Shown: piece after piece, positions 22,454-34,591 of the stretch
Numbering within the stretch: position 1 is the stretch's first letter
Layout: the number at the start of each line of letters is the position of its first letter
NCBI GenBank assembly: GCA_949358305.1
Contig: OX442314.1
Span: 14,756,001-14,820,000, forward strand
Source: Strigamia acuminata
Taxonomy: Eukaryota
Length of the DNA: 64,000 nucleotides
Direction of reading: 5' to 3'
Program-made: the position numbers and the translations under genes
The notes under the pieces: generated by a model
What the model was told of the DNA's origin: nothing
The model's input: the letters and a program-made list of their open reading frames with translations, nothing else
The model's database searches: none

Positions 22454-23673
22454 TTACAGTTCAGTTTTGTTAATGTTGAATTTATTTTTAGGTTGGCTTA
22501 GACGTCCAAAGAAAAGAATAAGACCCGATCGATTATCCCGAATTAAATAGAGGAATGGACGATCGGCAAAAAATTCGACGGTCTCTCCTGAGGGAACATT
22601 ACGCCGATTTCTCGCCGAAACTGCAGAAGCTGCTGCCGCTTCTGTTCCTACTTCCGTCACATCCAGAGTACATTTATGTAAAAACGCCGACACATACATT
22701 TTATCAGCAGCACTCACACCGGAGAAGTTGGCAGTTTCTTGAGAAAATATCTCATTAAGCCCCAAATTGGAGAGCGCTTCTTTAAGTCGAAATGTTGATT
22801 CGATATCGAATTTTGGGAGTTTAACATTTACGTAAGAATCAGTCAAACTGTCAATTAATTGAATTAAATTTTCGGGTTTACATGTTTTTTCAAACTCTTG
22901 CAGATTATCAGGAAGAATAATATACATGCAAATGTCTTTATCCAAATACGGCAACTGAAGCGCATGGCTTTTAAGAATGGAGTTACGAGTGTACCGAAAA
23001 TTCGCCGTTTGCTCCATCATTTGAACGTCCACTATCGTGTTATCCATCAAATGGAAAGGGTGTGGTTTAGTTTTATGCGGTAAAAACTGATTGAACCACT
23101 TGGCATTCATGTAAATGGCTGTTAATAGAATAATTAATGAATCCGCATCAATAAAAGCCGGGGTTAGGAGTTGGGTTATTTTGCCATTAGTTAACTGCTT
23201 AATCCATTCGTTGATTTCATCACAAGTTTGTTGTTTGTTTGTGGTAAAATCATAATGTGATAAATCAGTGGAATAATGGTCAGTTAGCGAGGATGAGAAT
23301 TCAGTCATTAATTCAATTCCTTTGCGGATGCAGATCTTGTCAGCAAAATAAAGTTTCATGTCGGAATTTTTTTGCAAAGTGTGTAAAGCATTTTTAATCC
23401 AACGGTGGAACTCTTTGGGCGTTTTGTGTACAGACGAGTTCATTCCCAGAACAGCTCGCAGTTGTTGATCAGTGTTGCCTTTTGCACCCAGCTGAATCAT
23501 CGCTAAAGCCACGTATACACTCAGTGGTGAAAAACACACGTTCTTATCTCCGTTTTCGAGGCTTAGTTGCTATGCAAACAAAAAAAAATTACAAAACTGA
23601 TTGTACAGATGTTAATCGTGCTTACTTGATACAATTTGTAAGAAAACTTCATTTGCCCTTTTGATTCTTCCAT
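22454..23673 (-). CDS. Divergent serpin S8, at least 387 aa; exons 23673(23682)-23626 and 23569-22454; RCL SAVSARNRR-NV; C-terminal KTEL
   Basis: FSPLSV, TAIYMNAKW, EVGTEAAAAS and ADRPF motifs; same phase-0 intron as its neighbours; a splice acceptor at 23683-23684 implies a further upstream exon. Confidence 0.9.
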
Positions 23674-23793
23674 ATCAGGTACCTGAAAAAATAAAATTTG
23701 TTGTGAGAAAAATTATATAAATACAAATCAAAAGTTATGTTTTGTGTTTTGCTTGGAACTACACATTGAAAGACGTGAAATTTAAATTTTTTT

Positions 23794-23944
23794 AATCAAT
23801 AATTTGTACATTTTTGTGACTAGTTGCAGTAAATTTTATAACAATACAGTATTCAATTTTTCATTTTCAATCAATAATTTATACATTTTCGTGACTAGTT
23901 GCAGTAAATTTTATAAACAATACAGTATTCAATTTTTCATTTTC
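23794..23944. repeat. Two-copy ~75-bp direct tandem repeat between S9 and S8
   Basis: aatcaataatttgtacattttt...cagtattcaatttttcattttc repeated from 23869. Confidence 0.85.
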
Positions 23945-23983
23945 ATTTTTAGTTTCTACAGCCCGAAACCAACAAATAAACGT

Positions 23984-25266
23984 TTACAATTCGGAATTCA
24001 TATCTTGTACAGCTGCATCTGGGTTTGGATTCATCAACCGTCCCCAGAACAGGACGGACCCACTTCGATTATCGCGAATGAATAGCAGGAAAGGATGGTC
24101 TGCTCTAAATACGGGATTAAATGACATAGAGCGTAGCATCACAATGACAGCTGTTGCTGCAGCTGCCTCACTTCCTTCCTCGTTCACCTCGAGAAAGGCC
24201 TTGTGCAAAACAGCAGAAACGAACAAATCGTTCTTGCCCGTAATTCCCGATAAATTCGCCGTGTCAGCACTGAATAGATCACTCATTCCCATAAGAATCA
24301 AGATATCTTTGAGGGATAATGAGGATTCTATTTTGAATTTTGGTAATGTTACAACTACTTTGGTTTTACGCATTCTACTCATTAACATCTCCAAATTTGA
24401 AACGGTAATCGTTTCTTCCAATTTGTTTAACCCATTAACATCAGACGGAAGGATAATAAACATACTAAAGGCTTCGCCCACGTATGGTAATTCGATTATT
24501 TTACATTCCAGATTTTCGTCCTCTGCGTATCTAAATTCAGACGTTACATGCATTAAATCCGTCATTATCGCCTTGTTAACATCCAAAAAGAAATAATCAG
24601 CATTCGTGTGTTCGGGATCGAATTGTTTGTGCCAATTGCCTTTGAAGTAGATCGCGTTCACCAAAACCAAACGTGTTAGATCATTCAGTACCCCTGATGG
24701 AATCAAATCTTTGATTTTCGTTTGGGTTTGATCTTCCACCCACTTATTAATCTCCAATCGAATTTTTTCACCGTCTGAACCGAAATCAACGACACTCGAT
24801 GAAGTATTGTAATGCTTTTCCAATACGCCTTTGAATTCTGCCAAAATAAATGCTTTGTTGTGGACGTACATGCGATTAGCAATGTGTAATTTTATGGCAG
24901 AGTCTTGTGTGTCCAAAAGAGAATTAATAATCTCTTGGAATGCTTCGTGAATGGCTGAATCAGTGGTGAATGATGATCCCAACTTGAGGACATCTTTCAT
25001 CTGCTTAGCAGTGTTTTCCTTTGCGCCAGCTAGAGTCATAGCGAGCGCCACACTAATGCTGAGTGGGCTGATAAATATACTGTCAGCATTTCCAGCTGCA
25101 CTTTGCTACAAATACAAAAGAAAATGAATTCGATTGGTTCTTGTTGGTTATTATAAATTCTCTTTCTCAATTGTTATCTTACCTTGTAAAGATCCAAGGT
25201 GAATTCAAGTCCTTTCTGTGGTAATTGGCTTTGGCCGGGCTTCTGCGCGACAGTTTTAGTTGCCAT
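23984..25266 (-). CDS. Serpin S9, 401 aa; exons 25266-25183 and 25105-23984; predicted P1-P1' Arg-Ser (trypsin-like targets)
   Basis: EEGSEAAAATAVIVMLR-SMSF; intact two-exon structure; ends NSEL. Confidence 0.95.
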
Positions 25267-25958
25267 GTCAGCTGTTGGAAGAACGGAAAATTTACTAAAC
25301 CGAAAATTTCCGTTCTAATAGTTTGCTATTCACAACACCACATGAGTCATGCTTCAATAAACATGAAACTTTGATATGAATCATGTGTGTCAAATGGTGA
25401 GTGTATGAGTTTAAGGCTTAACTCATACACGCCTTAAAAGTTTAGAATGTTATGTCAAATGAAACTGACCAAGTAAATAATGATGCCTATTGTAATAATA
25501 TTATTTGTTGACTCAATACACTACATTTCGTGATTTCATTAACAAGAATGATGATCGTAAGCTATATTTCTATTATTTCAATACCTGTCTGGAAAATGCC
25601 ACAAACAATGAATAGAATATCAGTCACTGCTAGATATGAGATGTTGTAGGTACCTTGGGTGAAAGGGATGTGACCTTGTAACGCCCATTTACGTAAAGCG
25701 CGCATGGTATTGGATTGGCGATAGGTAATGTCAAAATTTGTCGCTAGTCTGCTCGTGTAGCAAGAAAAAAAAGGCTTATTTTGTAATTTCGGATTTAATT
25801 TATTCAATTTATTTCTTCAATCAAAATTTTTTTTGAAATTGATTAAAAAATTAGAAAAGTAATTATGAATTCGAAAAATGTATGTGGTAAAATTTGAATT
25901 CTTTCTTTCAGAGAGCGGGTGTTTTTTATTGGTTCAAAATTTCTAACATATTGTGACA

Positions 25959-27239
25959 CTACATTTTCATAATTTCATATTTCACTTCTTGTCGATCTCC
26001 ATTTGGATTTGGATTAGCCATCCGTCCTAAGAAGAGAATACATCCGCTTCTGTTATCTCGAATGCACACAAGGAAAGGATGATTGGCTCTAAAATCAACT
26101 TTAAAGCTCACGCTGTAACTCATCATTACAACAGCAGTTGCAGCAGCAGCTTCACTTCCTTCTTCATTGACCTTCAGAACCGCGCTATGAATCATTGCAG
26201 AAACATATAACTTCTGATCATTAATCCCTGACAAATCTGCCTTTCCACGACTGAACAATTCGTCCATCCCTAAACCCGACAAAACATCTGCGAGAGATAA
26301 TGTCGATTCAATTTTAAACTTTGGCAAAGTAACAACCACCTCTTTCCTATGCATAGCATTGACTAGTTGGTTGAAATTGAAGACTGTAAGCGACTTTTCT
26401 AACTTCACTAACCCGTCAATTTCAGTCGGAAGAAGAACAAACATACTTAACGCTTCACCCTCGTACGGTAACTCCAAAACTTCGCATTTGAGGCTATCAA
26501 CATCTTTTATATAATTAAAATGAGATGTTTTATGCATCAACTCGGCCATAACTGCTCGATTTTTATCCAAGAAAAAATACTCGGACATTGTTTCTTCAGT
26601 ATCAAATGGTTTGCACCAATTACCCTTAAAATAAAAGGCATTGATTAAAACAACCCGTGTAAGGGAATCCAGCACTCCTGGAGAAATGAGATTTTTAATT
26701 TTTGTTTCAGTTTGCTCTTCCACCCATTGGTTAATCTCCAAACGTGCCTTTTCAGCGTCGGAAGTAAAATTAACTTGACTCGATGAAGCGGAGTAATGCG
26801 TTTCCAACACGCTTATGAAATTTTGCGAAATATTTGTTTCGTTGTTGAAATACATGCGATTAGCAATGTGTAATTTTAGAGCAGAACTCTGTAATGCCAA
26901 AAGAGAATTAATAATGTCTCGAAATGCTTCGTGAATGGTTAAATCGGTGCTAAATGATGATCCCAAAGTGAGTACATCTTTTATTTGCTTCGCAGTGTTT
27001 CCTTTGGCACCTGCTATTGTCATGGATAGCGCTAAACTAATGCTGAATGGACTAATGAAAATATTTTCAGTCGGAATAGAATCAGCGACGCATTGCTGCA
27101 ATGAGTGAAATATCAATAATCGATACAATTATCGATTTTTATTATTTACCTTGTACAAATTGAAAGTAAATTCGATTTCTGATTGGGCCAATCGGTGTTC
27201 ACCCGTTTTCATAGCTTGATTTTGTGTACCATTTGCCAT
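25959..27239 (-). CDS. Serpin S10, 408 aa; exons 27239-27150 and 27095-25959; predicted P1-P1' Tyr-Ser (chymotrypsin-like targets)
   Basis: EEGSEAAAATAVVMMSY-SVSF; exon 1 MANGTQNQAMKTGEHRLAQSEIEFTFNLYK. Confidence 0.95.
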
Positions 27240-27497
27240 AGTCGCAAGGTTTCTTGAATACTTGTTAGTTATATCTTAATCTTAATCGTCCAAGGTTATA
27301 TGCTAAACCTGTGAAGGGAAGAACATAGAGGATTAGATCAAGGTCGACCTTGGATTAGATAAACAGAAATTAGCATGATTATATCTTAGACGATTATATT
27401 ATAGTGACCTTGTGTGCGCCGACACTCCTTCTTACAGCCAGATCGTAGTGTTCAAATTTGCCACAAGGGCACGCTGCTTCATGAAATAAAAACAAAA
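27240..27497. promoter_or_regulatory. Probable bidirectional promoter S10 / MRPS5
   Basis: Divergent ATGs 258 bp apart; contains palindrome caaggtcgaccttg. Confidence 0.5.
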
Positions 27498-29412
27498 ATG
27501 GCTGTTATTTGCCGGTTCAGTCGGACTTTTCTTTGCGAGTTTAGATCTGTTCAGGGTATTCTTTCTCATTTATTTGTTTCATCACATTTTAATTTTTTTC
27601 TAATTTTTCTTTAGGAATTTGTGGCGTTTTGCCTAAAAACAGTTTTAATCCAATTTTGGCTGAGAGTAGGCCTATTACTAGTATCCTGGGATGCATAACA
27701 TTACAGTCAAGAAACACAAGTTTCTTCAACCGAAGTAAACTCTTTGATCTAATTGATTTTCGCATTGTTTAATAATGTTTCATGCTCGTAGTGACGGCAA
27801 CTGAAATATGGAAAGGTGTAACATCAGTGAGCAACGCGGGTAAAAAGAGAGGGCGTGGAAAAGGCACAGGAAAAATAACGCCAAAAAATCTAAACAGAGG
27901 CCAGGTTATTGGCGTAGGTAATATGAAATAAATCAAAATTAAATGCGTATACTGTTTTAACATTTCTGTTTGTTTTAGGCGATAAAAATATGGTATGGCC
28001 AGGCTTAAATGCACCCATAGTAAGAGGGCAAGAAATTGTCGAAAGACAATCTCTTCCTGAGAATGTTGAACGCAAGGCCAAGTTGATCAAAATGCGAGAT
28101 GAAATGCCCAAGTTTAGAATTTTTAAAGTACAACCCCTAGATCGAGGTTGGTCTGGAAGCAGATATCCTGGAAGAAGTATTGGTCCTCCTGATCCTGTGG
28201 GTGAAGGTATTAAGAAGAAAAAATTTGTAAAAACAAATATTGCCAGTTAATTTAATTTCTTAATTCGATTTTTTTAGAGAAATTTGAGGGTTTTGATACC
28301 AAAGTTTTGGAGGTAAAATTTGATAAAATTAAAATAATCTCAAATTTTCAAATTTTCAAATTGTTTATAGTTTAAAATCGTAACCAACATGACCGGTTTA
28401 TACGGAAGAGTTAAAACTCAAAGTGCGTATGTTGTGACTGGAAATAGAAACGGATTAGCTGGATACGCTCTTGGCAAAGCAACCACAGGGCCGAGCGCCT
28501 TAAGACAAGTAACTTATGCCAACACAAACACTTAATTTAAACACAAAAACTAATCATAAATAATAATTGCATTGCAGGCCAAAAATTCAGCAGCAACTAA
28601 ACTAATGTATATCGAGTTATTTAATGGTCATACAGTTTATCACAATTTTTATGCTAAATATGGAAGAACTAAAATTTTTGTCTATAAGAAACCAAAAGGT
28701 AAATTCTTGACACTTGTAGACATTGAAATCTTGTATTAATTTATCGAGAAAACATGTTAGGTCACGGACTTGTTTGCCACCGAGCTCTGAAAACAATTTG
28801 TGAAGTAATTGGCGTAAAGGATTTGTACGCTAAAGTGGAAGGAAATTCGAAAAATATTAAAAACCTTACCCGGGCATTCTTTCACGGTTTAATAAACCAG
28901 GTAAAAATAAATATTAAACTCAATTTGGGGAATAAACGTTTGATTATTGTACATTTTAATAGAAAACTCATCAAAAATTGGCCGATGAGACTGGATTACA
29001 CGTGATCGAACTGCGCCGGGAAAACGATTATTTTCCAATTGTGGTCGCTAAACCTCAAGAGGGTTCTCAAGTAACTCCGCCCGAAAAGCCCATCGATTTC
29101 ATTGACGTAAGTGATTGAATTTTTATATTTTTTATTTTTCCTCCGAGTTCAATTTTTGAAATTTCATCTCAGTATATAAGTGAGGGCAGAGTCGCTCTGA
29201 AGCGAAAGAAGTTCGATAAGTTTTACACCCGATTACCGAGCTGGCAAAAACATCTTGACAAAACTTTGTATAGAAGGAATCATGAGAAAGTGAAATTGCA
29301 ACTGAGAGCTGAGTTAGGGGCTGTTAAGAGCTTTTTATCTGATTTGGCACCCGAACAGTTACCAGACATTAAAGGAGTTTCAGCTTTAAGAGAGAGAAAG
29401 AAAGAAAAATAA
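27498..29412 (+). CDS. MRPS5: Mitochondrial ribosomal protein uS5m, multi-exon
   Basis: IWKGVTSVSNAGKKRGRGK, VWPGLNAPI, RGWSGSRYPGRSIGPPDP, GHGLVCHRALKTICEVIGVKDLYAKVEG; last exon 29173-29412. Confidence 0.93.
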
Positions 29413-29864
29413 AATAAAATTAATGTAATTAAATTAAATAAACTAAATTGAGTTTCGTCACTTGTTTCACTGACAACACAAATACAGATAAGAAACCCTC
29501 TTTTGACAACTTCAAGAAGTCTTATCATTAATATACGAATATTAAAAATTGAGTTGTGATTTATTACATGAACTTTTTTCTTCTTTTTTAAGAGAATAAA
29601 AATTTATTTTATGCTTGAAAACACGCATAATTGATTCTATTTAGAACGACATTTTTCTTTCTTCCGGTCATTAAAAGGTTCTAATGTCTTTTTTTTTTCT
29701 TCGACAATACGCGCGTTGTTTTTAATAGAATCATGTGTGGATGATTTGAGCCATTAAATAGTTTTATTATTGAAATCTGATGAATAGTTAACAGTGATTT
29801 GTCATAAGGGCCACAGTGGCGCTAGATTGTGTTGTTTTCACTGTGCGGCGCCAGTGCGCTTGCC

Positions 29865-32800
29865 ATGCTTGGCCCCCGTCGAGGCGGGTGCTTTGCCTTG
29901 CTGCACATTGGCGAAGACAACGCACGTTTTCTCTTATTGGCAGTTTTCTTAATCGTGTATCTGATAAGTGGTGCAGCTGTTTTTCAAACATTGGAGTATG
30001 AAAACGAAGTGAGTAGGCGGCAAAAGTTTTGGGATAAGTATCGAGAATTCCATGATTTTCATAATGGGACGGTTGATGAATTCCTGTTGAATGATCTTCT
30101 TTACGAATACGGCAATGCTACATCAGCCGGGATTCTTCACAAAAGACCCCGATGGGATTTTGCTGGAGCTTTTTATTTCGTCTCTACGGTCGTTTCGACT
30201 ATTGGTATGTGTTTTATTCTGTTTTTTATTTTTTTAAAAAATTCTTTGGTATTAATTTACGATATTTAGTGTTTTTTTTCTGTGGTTATAATATTATTTT
30301 GACTTTCTGTTTTTATTACTCTAATATTTGTTGCTATTTGCATGTTGGTTCATTTGCATGTTGGAATGTTGAATAATTTACATGAGCACATATTCGGCAA
30401 GGCCTATAGAACGATAGAGTAGGAAATAATTTGGAATTTCAAAATTTCAAAATTGCAAATCATTACACCGTTTCTTGTTAAAGTTTTTTTTTTTCTTTTT
30501 TTTTTTTTTTTTTCATGCGCGCACAGGTTATAAAAACGCTTATTCTCGTTGTCATGACAACTGTGAAATTTTCTTCTCTGTTTTGAAGGGTTGATTACGG
30601 GGATTTTTGCATTGCAATCACATTTCACTTGACTCAATCTATGTGCATCAAAAATTTAATTTAATTTAGCTGCTATCTGCATGTTATGAACTGTATTAAA
30701 AATACAAACACACGTTTATTCTGACATTTTTACTCAGTTTAATTAAGCTTAACGCACCACTTAGTGGACAGTCCATATTATAGCGAACCTGTTTTATTAA
30801 AAAAAAGCAGCTGACGTTTTTATAATGTTATATATCAGTCACAAAGTGAGGCAGTTTTTCGAGGGAGTTAAAAACACAGCACCTTTAAAAGGATCTGACA
30901 TAAATCCTTTTTATTATTGGTTTGTGCCTTTGATTGGATTTTTAGGGTATGAAACGATAAGGAAACGTGTCAGAAGATTAGCAGAAGCTGTTGTAAATAC
31001 AGAAGAGAATAAATTAAAATAAAAAACTTAATATTGAACTTAATTAACCCTCGAATCAGAGATTAAACAAAATGTACACTCAGATTCATTTTATTTTAAT
31101 CCTTATGTCGAATTATTGATTTTGTGAGTGAAACAAACTTGTTAAATAATATTGGATTCAAATTTCAACTTTACAGAAGATAGAACGTGAATTGCCTTAC
31201 TTTGTACCGATAAAATTAAAATCTAAATTACCTTGAAAGTTCTATCAATAAAAACGAATGCTATAAAAAGTTAAAAGCACCTTAAAGTTGTGGTTTTTAC
31301 TTGTGACCATGATTAACCCATCACCTTTGATGTCCAGCCAGTATAAATAAAATTGTTGGAATTGTTGTTTACATGGGCAAGTCAACTATGCTAACGTAAA
31401 ATTTCATTTATCGATTTTACTACTAATGAAAACATTTCAGTCAACCACATGTCACCTTTATACCATGCACGTAACATTTTTATGTAAATGTTGAGCAATT
31501 TTCCGCGATTTGCATGTTTGTAGCAAGTAAATTAAACCTTAATCAATACCCAATTGGATAATTCCTCAGCTTATGTACTTGAACTGACAGTAAGCACTAA
31601 ACAAAAAGTAATTGCTTCGCTAACGCTCCCATAAAGAAATAGATAAAACTCAATCTAATTTAGTAAAATAAAAAAAAAACAGGTGATTTAAATTAAAGAT
31701 TTTATTCTTAAATTAAAAAAAGAGCGGAGAAAAATAAAATGTCAACTTTTGAAAATATTTTAAGGTGCGTATTCTATTTATTTTGTTATGTCAGAGAAAT
31801 AAGATAAAAGCAGGTGCAAGGTAATCTAGCAGAGATTTTCTTTTATATCCTTTTCTTTACAAGTATATTTTGGTTTTAGCTGCATTGATAGCTTTTCCGT
31901 GTTGTGTAGAAAAGTATCCTTGAGTTGCTTTCCACAACTTGTGGATTATGTGGCGAAAACAACTTAGTTTTTATTCTTTTGTCTATAAAAAAATTACACA
32001 ACGTTGAAATGAATTCTAAGTGTTTAATATTTGACAGGTTATGGAATGACAACTCCTCAGACGATACCTGGAAAGCTACTCGTCATCGTTTACGGCTTCG
32101 TAGGCTGTGCAGGAGCAATTCTCTTTTTCAATTTGTTCTTGGAACGTGTGATTACGTTGCTTGCATGGTCTATGCGCATGTTTCACGAACGAGAATTACG
32201 CCGCCAAGGTCTTTTGACGAGTCAAAGCAGACGCGACTCGCAAACCTCACTCGAAGATTACGCTCTGGATCAGTGGAAGCCATCAGTGTATTGGGTGATA
32301 GTTTATTTATTTCTAGGCGCCAGTCTGATTGCAGTATGCGCATCCGCACTCTACTGCAACATGGAGAATTGGACCTACGTCGAATCGCTTTATTTTTGTT
32401 TTGTTTCATTCTCAACGATTGGATTTGGCGATTATGTGTCCACTCAAGAGCGTGAATATCCTCACAAACACGCATACAGAGCAGCCAATTTTATATTTCT
32501 AACATTAGGATGCTGTTGCATTTACAGCCTCTTTAATGTAGTGTCGATTGTGATTAAACAGTGCCTCAATTCAATTATAAAGCGCTGCGACTGCAGATGT
32601 GGACGATCGGCTCGGCCTCCACAAGCAACTCGCGTTCGGAGAAATGCTTTAACGCCATTCCAAGTTGGACGAAGCCGTGCAAAAGCTTTCAAAACATGTG
32701 AGAATAGCGAAAGGAGGGTGTCGGGTGAACTTATTTCTTTGCCGGATGGAAGGAGCAAGGTGTCGCTGGCTGTCATGCAGAAACAGCTGTACGAGACAGC

Positions 32801-32918
32801 TTTACACCATAAAGGTGGTGCAGCCCTCATTCCACCAAAATTGCATGAGCCAGCGTTTACGCCTGGAAAAGTTGGTCCGGTGGCAATTGCGTCAACTTTA
32901 ATCGATGAGAGCACGTAA
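29865..32918 (+). CDS. KCNK13: Two-pore-domain K+ channel, THIK (KCNK12/13) subfamily; exons 29865-30204 and 32038-32918
   Basis: EDNARFLLL N terminus, RWDFAGAFYFVSTVVSTIG-YGMTTP, WKPSVYWV and FSTIGFGDYVS. Confidence 0.9.
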
Positions 32919-33252
32919 CGTGCATGTATAGAATTCACGCTTGTTTAATTTCATCTTTTCTACTGTCAGTTGTCAGAATTTATTTTTATGAAATAATTAA
33001 TTATATCATAAGTTTTATTTTAATTGCAAAAATTAACATATAATAAAAGCAATTTGTTGCCGTAAAATAATTTATACCATCGGAGTATTACATTTTTTTT
33101 TACATATCTGACACAAAATTTCCTATTCAAAACGTACATATTTTTACAACAAAGACATGGCTGTTTTTGCATAAAAAAATGACAAAATTGACAAAATTGT
33201 ACAAAAAATAGTGTTTTAGGCGAACTGCGGTAATGTTTTCTTTTTATTATTA

Positions 33253-34301
33253 TTACATTTCATCATCTAAGCCCAGATCTTCTTCTGGAAAATCTCCAAC
33301 GATGACATTTTGCGGTTTTACAAATCCCCCATACTTCTGCTGGCATTCGAAATATCGTTTTCCATCAACACTACAAAACATTAAGCAATTAAGATAATAC
33401 ATTTTCAGATTTTCTTCTCGTTTTTCAATTTACCTGCCATCGTTTTTACCAAACGGTTCATCGTATTTGATGCCTACCCACGAGCCTGGTTTGAAATGTA
33501 CTTCGCCTTGATTAAATACTTTTATTATTTGAAATTCCGAATAAATAAATGCCCCTTCCGACTAACCAACAAACATGACAGTTCCTCTGCGCATTATTTG
33601 GCCCGGAACTTTCACTTCGCATCTAGAATTCGTTTTAATTTGATCCGCAAGAAGCTTTTCTTCCTGTAATTGTGATTCTTTCATTTTCTCCTTATCAGCT
33701 GCCTTCTCGGAAAATTTTCCCAATTTATTTTTAGCTAAAAAAGCCCGAGCAGAATCTGAAATTGAAAAAAAAAAATTAAAAATCAAGTTTCAAGTTTTTT
33801 CAAAACTATCAAAATTCACCGTGTCTTTTGGAATATTCATCATCTCCTAATTCAAACTTTTCCACCTTCGATAAATCCTCAAACTCTCCAGGTTGATGGG
33901 TTTTATCTATCACCTATTTATAAATAATCCCAAATTGGAATTATACATTAAAATCATAATTGAAATACATCTTACATGAATTCGCATTCCATCATCAATT
34001 GGATATGAACCTAACAGGTTGTCATCGCCTTCTATTTGTGTTACCAGTTTGTTATCCTTGTCATAAAGTTCCAATTTCATACTTCCTGACATTGCCCCAG
34101 TTAATAATTCCAATTTTCCCTACAAAACGAAAACAGAATGTCAATTGAATGGACACAGTTTATTATTATTGTTATAACCTTAAAAGCTGAGACTGCGAGG
34201 GATTTATCAAAACGTCGTTCAGATGCAAACGAATTGATATTTGATGTCACAGTTAAATTCACTGCAGCTTGAGTAATCACAACATAATCCTGACCTGCCA
34301 T
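33253..34301 (-). CDS. TBCB: Tubulin-folding cofactor B (UBL + CAP-Gly), multi-exon
   Basis: [55 protein letters not shown]; ends [14 protein letters not shown]. Confidence 0.93.
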
Positions 34302-34591
34302 TTTCAAAATCCGAACGTGGAGTTATCGCCCCGGCACAGGAGAAGGATGAGGATATGTAAGGGCGGAATGCTTGTTTTGTTTGCACTTACGGACACGGGA
34401 GGGCGGTACTACCGCAAACAATTTTAAGATAATTGAAATTTAGAAGAAAATAAATATGAAATTTATAATTGATAAATAAAAAGAGATTTTTAAATCTCTA
34501 TACACAATCGACATAATTAAAAATTATAAAGGTTCCTAGCAGTGCGTGAATGTTCAAAATTTGCGCGTCACCGAGTTAAAGGCGACACAAA
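34302..34591. promoter_or_regulatory. Probable bidirectional promoter TBCB / BIRC6
   Basis: Divergent ATGs 290 bp apart; two GGGCGG boxes (~34361, ~34401). Confidence 0.55.
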
